Below, in pieces: positions 1 through 10,321 of a DNA stretch of 64,000 nt. The stretch is taken from the NCBI GenBank assembly GCA_043228905.1, contig JBHGNT010000017.1:14508001-14572000 (forward strand), given 5' to 3'. Under the pieces are notes generated by a model, which was not told where the DNA came from, made no database searches, and worked only from the letters and a program-made list of their open reading frames with translations. How positions within the stretch are numbered: the first letter of the stretch is position 1; every line of letters begins with the position of its first letter. The position numbers and the translations under genes are program-made. The DNA comes from Azolla caroliniana. Lineage: Eukaryota; Plantae; Polypodiophyta.

Positions 1-1099
1 GTGGACCATCCTGCTGTCCTGGTTCCCCTTGCGCTTCTTCTTGGCTGACCGAGGGAAGCTGCAGTGACCTTTCCGGCTCTGGCGGGATGGGACTTGCCGG
101 TGTTGCCGGTGGTGCCGGGGCTTCTGTTTCCGGTGCCATCTGCACCGGTTCCGGTTCCTTCCTTGGCGAGGGAGTCTCAGTATGGGGAGCCGGTGTTCCC
201 TCCGTCTGAGGGTCCGAACGTTTCCCGACTGTCTCAACGGTCCTTGCCGACGACCGTCGATGGAGGTGCTCCGTAGGCTCCTCCTCTATTTCCTCCTCCT
301 GAGCTCCGGCATTGAGTTTTGCCGCCAAGGGGTCCACTTCTCGATTCACCGGTCGGCGGAGTGTGACCTTCACGGGCCGTGCCGGTGGTTCCTCCTGCGC
401 CTCCGTTGGGCGCTTCCGGCTTCCGCTTCCTGCTGCCGCCTGTTCTGTATCCACCGCCTTTCCCTTTCTAGCCTTAGAGGCCAACAACTGTTGCCGTTTG
501 GAAGCCGTCCTTGGTGTGCCGTCCGGCACTCTTCCTCGCTTCTTGGGCTGGACGGTTTGAACGGGTGGCACCAACAAGGTGAGCCACTGCGTTACGGCGT
601 GCCATATCCTCCGTCCGTCTCGACCTTCTTTGCCATCTTTGCCTCTGACGATCTCAATCGCCGCACACAACCCGTCTGCGATCAATACCGGCCAATCCAC
701 CTTGATCCCTTCATAGGTGGCGATGATCATCCCTGCCCGGTTCTGCGGCATGACACGGGGTCTAGGGTACACGTGGCCGTATTCATGGAGCACACGAGCA
801 ATTTCGCGGAACAACATATCTCCGCCGCCCTGTGTCCGGTAGCCCTTGCTGGCTAGAGAGTACTCACCAAAATACCTGATGAGTTGCTCCGGGGTTGGAT
901 TGTCGATCGTGAGTATGCCTCCCTCCGGAAGGCCTGTTAACGCTCGAATCGCCTCTGCCGTTATGACCTCTGTATCGATTTCCTTGATCACTTTGTCGGC
1001 TTCTTTGTGTGGCGGTACTTCCATCATCATCAAGAAGCCCTCGAGCCCGTGTTGCTTCAGCCATGTCTTGGCGGCTTCCGACAGCGTTTGCGGGTCCAT
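1..1099 (-). CDS. Additional ORF downstream of G1 integrase (env-like position); >366 aa, open to the window edge
   Basis: Manual translation from the ATG at 1099: MDPQTLSEAAKTWLKQHGLEGFL...IRALTGLPEGG...IIATYEGIKVDWPVLIADGL...then a Pro/Glu-rich tail. No stop before position 1, which explains its absence from the ORF track. Confidence 0.75.
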   Translation of the reverse strand, partial: MDPQTLSEAAKTWLKQHGLEGFLMMMEVPPHKEADKVIKEIDTEVITAEAIRALTGLPEGGILTIDNPTPEQLIRYFGEYSLASKGYRTQGGGDMLFREIARVLHEYGHVYPRPRVMPQNRAGMIIATYEGIKVDWPVLIADGLCAAIEIVRGKDGKEGRDGRRIWHAVTQWLTLLVPPVQTVQPKKRGRVPDGTPRTASKRQQLLASKARKGKAVDTEQAAAGSGSRKRPTEAQEEPPARPVKVTLRRPVNREVDPLAAKLNAGAQEEEIEEEPTEHLHRRSSARTVETVGKRSDPQTEGTPAPHTETPSPRKEPEPVQMAPETEAPAPPATPASPIPPEPERSLQLPSVSQEEAQGEPGQQDGP

Positions 1100-1473
1100 C
1101 TCTGTGTCGGGGTCTGATTGCGGTGACGAGGATGGATGGTGATGAGAGCGGGGTTGAGAAAGAGAGAGTTCAGAAGGTGGGGGTTCTCTGTGCGCAGGTT
1201 CTCGTCTGATGATCTTGCAGCGTTTCGGTGCTTCTGTGCTCCTGGGTTCGCGAAAGTAGAGGGTCTCTACGCGCAATGGTTTTTGTCTGTGCATTCTGGC
1301 GCCTTTTTCGAGTTTGTGCATGTCGCGTACTTAAAATAACATTATGTCCTGTGGTGGCGCTTTAAATGCCCACTACGTACCTTTTCGCTCCACGCTCTTT
1401 CATCCATTCATTCCTCGCTTTTGCATGATTGTTTTTTTTTTTTTTTCCAGTTATTATTATTATTAGTGTGACG

Positions 1474-2456
1474 TCACATGTCCGTTGGTCCTCCCGGACC
1501 CTTACTGGCCTCATTCTCTCCGGTTCCCGGCTTGCCGTCTCTGCCGTCTTGGTGGTTGCCGTCGGTCCTTTGCTCAAACGGGTTCTTAGGCATCGGTCCT
1601 CTATATGCCTTTAACCGGAATCCGTTGACCCATTTGCCCAGCACTTCGCCGGCAAGTGTCCCCAACTGGTAGGACCCATTATACTCCCGTGTTAGCCAAT
1701 ATGGTTCGGTCCATCTAAACCTTAGTTTACCCAGCATCTTGCCCATCCGGGTTTGGAATACTAACCCCGGTTTGCCGATTGCGAACATTTTTTCGTTACC
1801 TTTCCTGTGTCGGTCGACGAATGCTTTTCGTTGCCGTTGCTCCAATTCTAAATGTAAGATGCTGGTCAACCGTTGTTCCTCCAGCTCACACAGCGCTGTC
1901 AACCTTATTGTCTCCGACTCCTTCTCGTTCAGCCATTCTCGTAGCTGGATCCGTAAGCTAGGTACTTGAAATTCTACCGGCATGACCGCCTCGAGTCCGA
2001 ACGCCAACTGGAACGGTGTTGTTCGGATGCTCGTTTTGTATGCCGTCCGGTATGCCCAAAGCGCGCTATGTAGCTTTGTGTCCCAATCCGTCCGGTTCTC
2101 GTTGACGATCTTCCGAAGAATGTTTTGGAGCGTCTTGTTTGTTGATTCCGCTAATCCGTTCGCCTGTGGATAGTAAGGTGTGCTTCGTTTGTGGACCACG
2201 GCATAGAAGGTCGTTAGGCTTTCCACTACTTGTCCGAGAAAGTGCCCCCCTTGGTCACTTATCAATTCAATGGGGCATCCGTAACGGCACCAGATGTACT
2301 CATATAGAAACTTTGCCGTTGACGCAGCGGTGTTATCCCGTAAAGCTTTGGCCTCCACCCATTTCGTGCAGTAATCCGTAGCAACGATAACGTACCGATT
2401 ACCCGTTCTCATTGCCGGTGGCTTGAACGGTCCTACAAAGTCCAGCCCCCACTTTT
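1474..2456 (-). pseudogene. G1 integrase core and C-terminus (zinc finger deleted)
   Basis: QKWGLDFVGPF, DYCTKWVEA, ISDQGGHF, YYPQANGLAE motifs. Fused out of frame to a truncated RNase H at about 2457. Confidence 0.9.
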
Positions 2457-5400
2457 GTCATTCCTAGAGCTTCCCGTTCCGTAGTAGAGTAGTTCCGTTC
2501 TACTTGGGATAGCTTCCGGCTGGCATAGTACACTGGCCGATACCACTTTGGTTCCGTAAGCTGCATCAGTACGCTTCCGATTGCGATGTCGGAGGCGTCC
2601 ACGAACACGTGAAATTCTTTACTCCAATCTGGAGGTTGTACTACCGGTGCCTGCGACAATAGTACCTTGAGGGCCTTATACGCCCTATCCTCAGTATCGG
2701 TCCACTGGAATGGTGTCCGATGTACGGCGGCATGCAACGGTGTAGCTAGGTCAGCCAAGTATCGGAGCATCCGGCTGTGCCACCGGATCTGGCCTAAGAA
2801 CCGGCTTAATGCCTTTGCTGTTGCCGAAGCCGGTGCTTCTAATATGGCTTTCACTTTGTCTGGGTCGACTGCAATACCTTCCTGGCTCACGATATGTCCT
2901 AATAAAGTTCCATTGGACACGCCAAATACACACTTTGCCGGATTCAAGCTTAGCCGGTACGCTCTACACTTTTCTAGACAACGACGGAGGTGCTGAAAAT
3001 GGTCCTCATCCCGGCTATAGACGGCGAAATCGTCAAGGAAAACCTGCATAAAAGCCGGTATATATTCACCAAAGATTTCCATGATGATTCGTTGAAACGT
3101 TGTCGGTACCGTTTTGAGTCCGAACATCATCACCACGGTCACAAACACCCCCCATTCGGTGACGAATGCCGTTTTCTCTTGGTCGTCGGGGTGCATCCGG
3201 ATCTGATTGTATCCGCTGAATCCGTCTAGGAAGCTATAGACCTCGTGGCCGGCGACGGCATCCAACACTCCATCTGTGAACGGAAGTGGAAACGCATCCG
3301 TTACCGTAGCCGCATTGAGTTTCCGGTAGTCCACGCAAACTCGAATTTTTCCGTTCTTCCTCGGTACGACTACGATCGGGCTCAGCCATGTCGCTTTCTT
3401 TACCGGGCGGATAAAGCCAACTCTTAGTAGTTTGTCGATTTCTTCCTTGACCTTGGCAGCATAATTGGGATTCATCCGGTACCGTCTTTGTGCCACTGGT
3501 TTTGCGTCCTTGCTCAAGTGCACTTGATGCTGGTATAACTGAGGGTCGAGTCCTCGCATGTCTTCGTATGACCAGGCGAATACGTTGCGAAATTCCGTGA
3601 GAAGTGTTATCATCGCCGTTTTGTCTCCGGACTTCATCTCCTTGGAGATGTGCACCGGTTTTGCTTCGTCCGTGGTGCCTAAATTCACCTCTTCCAGTTG
3701 CGATGCTTTTACGCGCTGTGAAACGGCCATTTCCCGTTCCAACGCTTCCTGCGCTTGCCGTAACTCCCGGATTGCGTCTTTATCCGGTTCTGCTTCCGCC
3801 TCTTCCGGTTGCGGTAAGTACGGTGCTACGGCTTCGGCAATGTCAATTTCGAAGAGGGGTATGATCTTCGGGTTTTCCTGCAGGTATTGAGCTTCTTCTT
3901 CGTCCGCTAACCCTTCGAGCATGTTGATGCATTCCGCATACAACAGTGTACATTCCTTGCCAGTGCTCGTCCTTGGTTGTGTTGGTACCCATACCTTGGC
4001 TTTTCCTCGCCGGAAGGTAATTATATTTTTTCGCCAATTTTCTTTTATATGTGCTATTTTCAACCATGGCCGCCCCAGCAATAGCGGGTATGCGCCTTGT
4101 GCCTGTAATTGTAGCACTACGGCCGAGATGTGAAATGTATGCCTGCCGACGGTGACTTCTAATTTCCGTATTAATCCTGTTGGCCGCATTGAGCTTGTAT
4201 CGGCCATCTGCAACCAGAACGGACACGGCTCCCACTCGTGGATTCCTAGGTCATCACACGTTCGGAGGCTTATTACATTTACCCCAGAGCCTCCGTCTAT
4301 AACTGTGCCGGGGAGTTCTTTCCCTTTTACAATGGCAGTGATTACCAGACTGCTGGTGTCTACCACTATTGGTCCCTCCTCCGGATTTGAGAAGAGTACC
4401 GGTGCCGGTGATGGTTCTCCTGCTGTCATGGCCGTCTTCAGTCCTTCCGTGAATCTTGGCACAAGTTGTAGGAGTCTTCCTAGTGGTAACGTAATCTGGC
4501 ATTCTTGCAACGTCTGCCATGTCTCGTTCTCGGAGTGACTACCGCCGGCAAGCCCTGCGGTGTTCTCCTTTTGCTGCTGTAAGTCCGTGACATTCTGCTC
4601 GTTTGCTTTCTTTACCCATTCCGTTGCTTGTTTCCGGATGGTCTCCTGTGTCTCCCATTCTTTGGCCATGCCCTTCGACCTTGTGGTCACCTGCTGCAGG
4701 TCTGCCACCTCCGGGACTACCATATTTACCGCCGGTCGTTTTTCATAGCTCTTCACCGGGCATTGGTTACTATAATGGCCTTCCTGTCGGCAGTAGTAGC
4801 AGTAGGCCTTCCGGGTATTGCTAGATTCGGCATTGTCTGTTGTGCCCGGGGCAGGTCCTACGGTACGCGCGGGGTTTTGTACCGGTTGGCTACTTGGAGC
4901 TCCTTGTTCCGGATCCCGGGGGTAGCCGCCTTTTTTAAAATGTCGTTTTTTGTTATAGCTTTTCTTATTATGGTACTCTTGACGGGGTTGCCCGTTATAT
5001 CTGCCGTATTCCTCCCGTTGCTGACGATACCCGGGGGAGTGCTCCCGGTCGTACTGTTCGTATCGTTTATTGTAATCCTGGTACCGATCATGCCGGTCAT
5101 AGTTCTCTCGCCGATCACTGTACCGGACATCATTTTCCCGTCGCTCGCCATACTGGACATCCTGTGCCGGTCGGTCACGGTCCATTCGCCGCCAATGTTC
5201 GTCTTCTTCATCCCGGCTGCTGCATGGCTCAATTTGTCGGACGACCGGTGCTTGCCGAGTCAACAGATTATACTCACACCTATCTGTCGTATGGCTCTTG
5301 GATTGACAGATTACACATTGCGTCCTCATAGTGCATTCTAGAGCCGAGTGTCCGGAATTCAAGCAGGTTTTGCACTGTATTGCTTGCCGAAACCGGAGGT

Positions 5401-6538
5401 CTTCATCGGACGGTAACGCCCGTTGAAGTGCACCCAGTGTGAGCCAGGAGCTTGTCTTTTCCATCTCTTTCACCCGGTCAATGACCTGGTCGATGGTACT
5501 TGTGCGGAAATCGATTACCGTGCAAACCGTGCGTAGGGGTTCCCGGAGCGCGTTTAGGAATATCGTCCGTAATTCCTCCTCCGGGGGTGCACGGGTAAGC
5601 TGACTATGCATCCGTTGAAACCGGATGACAAATTGGGGGATGCTCTCCCCTGCCTCTTGCCGGATGGTATAAAATAAGCCTACCATTACGGTCTGGTCCA
5701 CCTCCTTTTGAAAAAAATGCATGAATTTAGCTTTTAAATCTACAAAGGTGTTGATGGTAGACGGGTCCTGCGTCCGGCGCCATCTTGCTGCCGGTCCCTC
5801 CAATGTGACGCCAAACTCTGCTATCTTAGAGCGTTCTTCTTCCTCCGATGTCAGTCGTTGGGACACATGGTTGGCTTCCCATGTTTGTTCAAAGGCGTGC
5901 ACATGAGCTTCCGCGTCCGGATCATCTCTATACTTGGAGTACTGGAACGGCATGTCGTCGTCCGGTATCGGTGCACGGGCTGGTAGTGTTGGTGCTCATT
6001 CCGGAATTTTCTCCGGTGTCGGTGGTCTTTCCCGATTTGATTCCGGTGTCGGTTGTTTCTCTTCCTTTGGTGACGTAGGCCTCTCCTCTTCGACTTCCGG
6101 TGTCGGAGGTCGTTCTTCCTCTACTGGTTCCGGGGGTTCCAGCGTTAGCACTTCCGGTTCCGGTGTCGGTAAGGTATCCGATCCTTCGTCCTCCGGTCCG
6201 CCCGGGGTTTCGTTACTGCTACGGTAGTTCGCGTGCACGCTGTATTCCCCTTCGGAGTCCGATTCATATGTTGAAAAGGCCTCTGCTTCGCCTTCTTCGT
6301 TTGCCAACGCGTGGAGAAGGGATTCGGTTTCCCGGAGGCTGCTTAGGCTGCTGCCGTCATCCGGGTGCGATGTTTGTTGTAACCAGAGGGAGTCCTCCGC
6401 TACTCTCCGGATTACGTTGGAAAACGAGCGATCCGCTCTAATTTCCTGTGCCGCTTGCTGGAAAGCCTCGCGTCTCCTTTGCCTTTCGGCAAGGCGTCGA
6501 GTTCGATCTGTAACCAGGTCGTGCGTTGATCTAGACAT
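2457..6538 (-). pseudogene. G1 gag-pol (Gag with 3 CCHC knuckles, aspartic protease, RT, partial RNase H)
   Basis: ORFs 5996-6586 and 2399-5953 share a frame and are separated by one TGA. Motifs: CKTCLNSGHSALEC, CVICQSKSHTTDRC, CYYCRQEGHYSNQC, VIDGGSG, RVCVDYRKLN, FLDDF, FVDASD. RNase H is cut after REALGM. Confidence 0.9.
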
Positions 6539-6592
6539 CCATCCGTGCCGTCGTTCGCTACAAAAAACAGGAATCGTGGTCGACAAAAACTG

Positions 6593-6790
6593 TGTTAACT
6601 CTTCGGGCCGGACAATGGCCTAACACAGGGTGTCTACGTGAGACACTTCACCAAAGGGTGTTACGGCAACCGGATTAGACTTCAATGCTTAATCCGACTT
6701 AGTTAAGTTACTTATTAGGATCGTATTTCATAACACACGTGAGATATAACAATTAAGTCAGAATGGCAATTAACACAGAGAGATAACAAC
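6593..6790 (-). repeat. 3' part of the G1 5' LTR
   Basis: The reverse complement ends ...CCGAAGAGTTAACA and aligns by eye with 50589-50786. It is followed by TGTCGACCAC, a possible degenerate tRNA-Arg PBS (TGGCGACCAC). Confidence 0.75.
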
Positions 6791-6872
6791 GTAGCCGGGT
6801 ACTCCTCATCCGGATCTCACCGGGTCTGCACCATCCGGCTCTCCGTAGCCGGGTACTCCTCATCCGGATCTC
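6791..6872 (-). repeat. Inverted fragment of the copia family B LTR 54-bp tandem repeat
   Basis: GTAGCCGGGTACTCCTCATCCGGATCTCAC occurs about 1.5 times. It is the reverse complement of the repeat unit at 47880-48160. Confidence 0.8.
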
Positions 6873-8044
6873 AAAAATGCTGTCAATCAGGTGTCGGTAT
6901 TCTGGAAGCTAGTAAGACTCCGGTACCAAGATGGCTCCATCATGGCGGAGCATATGAATGCCTTCCAGGGGCTGATCCACCAGGCAACGTCATTGGAAGT
7001 ACCTCTTGCCGATGAGGTCCTAGCGCTACTCCTGCTCGGTTCCCTCCCGGATAGCTGGGAGACGTTGGTTGTCACTTTGGGCAACGCCGGGCCGGAAGGA
7101 AAACGGTTATCCCTAGCAAGAGTAAAGTCGAGCTTGCTAGATGAGGAGGCTCGTTGGAAAGACAAAGATACGAGCTCCGACTCCAAAGCGCTCCTTACCG
7201 AATCGGAACGCGGAAGACATAGAAACCGTAGTCCCCAGAACCGGGAGAAGTCGGGGACACAGTCAAAGTCAAGGGGGAGGCCTACTTGCTTCTATTGCGG
7301 CAAGTCGGGACACTTCCAAAAGAACTATCGGCATTTCCGTAAAGACAAGGAAACCGACGGTACCGATTCGAAGCAAACCCCGAACCGGAACGGTACAGAC
7401 CGGAACGGTAAAGACCGGAGGGGGCCGGACCGGAAGGGAACGACGGCAATTGCGGCAAGTGAAGAGGAGTTGATGCTCATCACCGAGGAGAGTGAGATAA
7501 ACCATGCCGGCGACGAGATGACCTGGGTGGTAGACTCCGGAGCGTCGTTCCACCTTACCCCGGACCGGAAATGCTTCTCATCCTACTCAGTCGGTGATCA
7601 CGGCTGTGTCCGGATGGGGAATGAAGGAACATGCCGAATTGTCGGCATAGGAGACGTGTGGCTGAGAACACCAACCGGATGCAAGTTGTTGTTGAAGGAT
7701 GTCCGACACGTTCCGGAAGTTCGTCTGAACCTGATATCAGCCGGTCGGCTAGATGATGAAGGCTACACGGGTAGCATCCGGAACAGTGTCATGAAGTTCA
7801 GCAAAGGGAGCTTGATTGTGGCTCGGGCCCGGAAGGTAAACACATTGTACCTGATGAATGCCCGGTTATGTCCGGAAGAAGTGAACGTGGCTTCCGACAC
7901 TGCCGGTGAGCTGTGGCACAAGAGGCTATGTCACATGAGTGAGAAGGGGATGAAGAGGCTTGGAGACGACAACCTCATTACAGTGAAGAACGTGCACGGC
8001 CATGCATATTCCTCGGTTACGGTGACGATGAGTTCGGCTACCGA

Positions 8045-10003
8045 GTGTGGGACCCGGTCGACAAGAAGGTATTCCGGAGTCGAGATATTATCTTCATGGA
8101 GGACAAGACGCTCGCCGACTGGGAGTCGGAGAAGAAGGTAATGAACTCCGAGTCGACCGGTAAGGATAGACTCTACAATGAGCAGACCCAACCGGCAAGA
8201 GACCGGTTAACACTCGAGGAACCAGCCGGTTACGGTGAGGATACCGAACCGGCAGAAGAAGAAGTAGAGGAAGCTGAGACCGGAATCGGTCAAGACCCCG
8301 AATCGGATTCGGATGAAGAGCAAATGGAGGAACCGGTTACCGAAGCCCGAAGACGTAGATATCCTCTCAGAGAGAGAAGGGCGCCCCGGAGATTTCCGGA
8401 TGCAGAGCATGTCCTGCTGACCGATGAGGGGGAGCCGGAAAGCTTCGAAGAAGCGAAGGAAGACACCCACAACCGAAAATGGTTAAGTGCCATGCAGGAT
8501 GAGATGGATTCCCTGCATGAGAACCATACGTACGAATTGGTGGAGCTGCTGAAAGGAAAGCGGGCACTCCGAAACAAGTGGGTGTTCAAGTTGAAACCGG
8601 GAGATGCCGGCAACCCCCCGAGATACAAAGCCAGGATCGTGGTGAAGGGGTCCCAGCAGAAGAAGGGCGTGGAGTTCGACGAAATATTCGCCCCGGTAGT
8701 AAAGATGACCTCCATCCGGACGGTGCTGAGTATAGCAGCAAGCATGGATCTCGAGGTAGAGCAGCTGGACGTGAAGACGACATTCCTCCACGGAGACCTC
8801 GAAGAGGAAATCTACATGCAGCAACCGGAAGGATTTGTGGAGAAAGGGAAGGAGCACCTGGTATGCCGGTTGAAGAAGAGCCTGTACGGACTGAAGCAGG
8901 CTCCCCAGCAATGGTACCAGAAGTTCGACTCCTTCATGAACGATCAAGGGTACCATAAGACGCAGGCCGATCACTGCGTGTTCGTGAAGAAGTTCGAAGG
9001 AGGGGACTTCCTGATACTTCTCCTGTACGTGGATGACATGTTGATCGTCGGACGAGACCAAGGCAAAATACGGATGCTGAAGAAGGCTCTCAACCGGACC
9101 TTCTCAATGAAAGACTTGGGTCCGGCAAGACAGATGTTGGGGATGCACATCATTCGGGACCGGTCAGTGAAGCAATTATGGCTGTCACAGGAGAAGTATG
9201 TGACAAAGGTGCTTCATCGGTTCAACATGTCAGATGCAAAACCGGTCGGATCGACACTTCCGGCAAACTGCAAGTTGTCCGGCAAGCAAAGCCCGAAGAC
9301 AAAAGGAGAGAAGGCAGATATGATGAAGATTCCATATGCCTCTGCCGTCGGGAGCTTGATGTATGCAATGGTTTGTACCCGACCGGACATTGGATACGCA
9401 GTCGGAGTGGTGAGCCGGTTCATGAGTAATCCCGGCAAGGAGCATTGGAACGCGGTCAAATGGATACTCCGGTATTTGAAGGGCACTTCAAATATGTGTC
9501 TCCGATTCGGCTCCGGGAAACCTAAACTGGACGGTTTCACCGATTCGGACATGTCGGCTGATGTGGATACCAGCCGGTCTACATCAGGGTATGTGATGAC
9601 ATATGCAGGGGGAGCTGTTTCGTGGCAGTCGAGGTTGCAGAAGACGGTTGCATTGTCAACCACAGAGGCGGAGTACATGGCGGCTGTAGAAGCCGGCAAG
9701 GAAATATTATGGATGAAGGACTTCATCGGAGAGCTCGGTATCCAGCAAGAGGAATACCGACTCTACTGCGACAGTCAAAGTGCCATCCACCTTGCTAAGA
9801 ATGCGGCCTACCATTCCCGGACGAAGCATATCCAGCGGAGGTATCACTGGATCCGGGAAAGGGTAGATGACCAGGAGTTCGCACTGGCGAAGATCCACAC
9901 GGCCGAGAACGGGTCAGATATGCTGACCAAAGTGCTGACACCCGACAAGCTGGACGCATGCCGTAAGAGGATCGGGCTGGAAAGACACCCCATGCCGGAG
10001 TGA
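8045..10003 (+). CDS. Copia B1 reverse transcriptase-RNase H (intact 652-aa frame in a defective element)
   Basis: YKARIVVKG, QLDVKTTFLHG, LYGLKQ, YVDD, DSD, TTEAEY, TKHI motifs. Confidence 0.85.
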   Translation: MWDPVDKKVFRSRDIIFMEDKTLADWESEKKVMNSESTGKDRLYNEQTQPARDRLTLEEPAGYGEDTEPAEEEVEEAETGIGQDPESDSDEEQMEEPVTEARRRRYPLRERRAPRRFPDAEHVLLTDEGEPESFEEAKEDTHNRKWLSAMQDEMDSLHENHTYELVELLKGKRALRNKWVFKLKPGDAGNPPRYKARIVVKGSQQKKGVEFDEIFAPVVKMTSIRTVLSIAASMDLEVEQLDVKTTFLHGDLEEEIYMQQPEGFVEKGKEHLVCRLKKSLYGLKQAPQQWYQKFDSFMNDQGYHKTQADHCVFVKKFEGGDFLILLLYVDDMLIVGRDQGKIRMLKKALNRTFSMKDLGPARQMLGMHIIRDRSVKQLWLSQEKYVTKVLHRFNMSDAKPVGSTLPANCKLSGKQSPKTKGEKADMMKIPYASAVGSLMYAMVCTRPDIGYAVGVVSRFMSNPGKEHWNAVKWILRYLKGTSNMCLRFGSGKPKLDGFTDSDMSADVDTSRSTSGYVMTYAGGAVSWQSRLQKTVALSTTEAEYMAAVEAGKEILWMKDFIGELGIQQEEYRLYCDSQSAIHLAKNAAYHSRTKHIQRRYHWIRERVDDQEFALAKIHTAENGSDMLTKVLTPDKLDACRKRIGLERHPMPE

Positions 10004-10013
10004 AGGGGGAGTT

Positions 10014-10321
10014 TGTTGGGAGACAGGTCCCTCCGGATGGGAAGGGAGAAGAACAGTGCCGACGAACAAACTCGGCCGAGGCCGAAACGGTATGAACCGG
10101 ATGAGGAGTACCCGACTGCGGAGAGCCGGATGGAGCCCATCGAGGCTACATTTGTAAATAGCCGAAAAGTCATATTAGTATAAATATGACTTAGGGCAAA
10201 CTTTTAGTTGTGTGTACCATTTCTCCTCTTTGTGTCGCGTTTCATTACCTGTTTTTCTGTGTATGAAAAGAATCTCGGTTGTGGCCGAGCGTCGGACATA
10301 AGGAACGTCGAGTTCTCAACA
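10014..10321 (+). repeat. 3' LTR of B1 (shorter variant of the 760-bp B2 LTR)
   Basis: TG...CA ends, preceded by a PPT. Shares blocks with 47855-48614. Confidence 0.85.

Larger units (their letters stand above)
1..6790 (-). mobile_element. Ty3/gypsy LTR retrotransposon G1, non-chromovirus (Athila-like); 5' LTR truncated; runs off the window start
   Basis: Minus-strand order gag-PR-RT-RH-INT, then an extra ORF. Integrase ends in a GPY/F-type module (KLRFRWTEPY...VNGFRLKAY) with no chromodomain. 6593-6790 is homologous to the 3' half of the solo LTR at 50367-50786. Confidence 0.9.
6872..10321 (+). mobile_element. Ty1/copia element B1 (Tnt1/Tork-like); 5'-truncated, integrase core deleted
   Basis: Gag (LLGSLPDSWE, CFYCGKSGH), PR (WVVDSGAS), GAG-pre-INT (LWHKRLCH), deletion at about 7996, RT (YVDDML), RNase H to the stop at 10003, PPT GAAGGGGGAG, 3' LTR TGTTGG...CTCAACA at 10014-10321. 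Confidence 0.92.

Noticed and set aside
182-856. 224-aa plus-strand ORF
   Set aside because: Antisense shadow of the minus-strand extra ORF in GC-rich sequence, with no recognisable motifs.
5996-6586. Separate upstream ORF or programmed read-through before gag
   Set aside because: In frame with gag-pol. The single TGA is most simply a CGA>TGA decay mutation.
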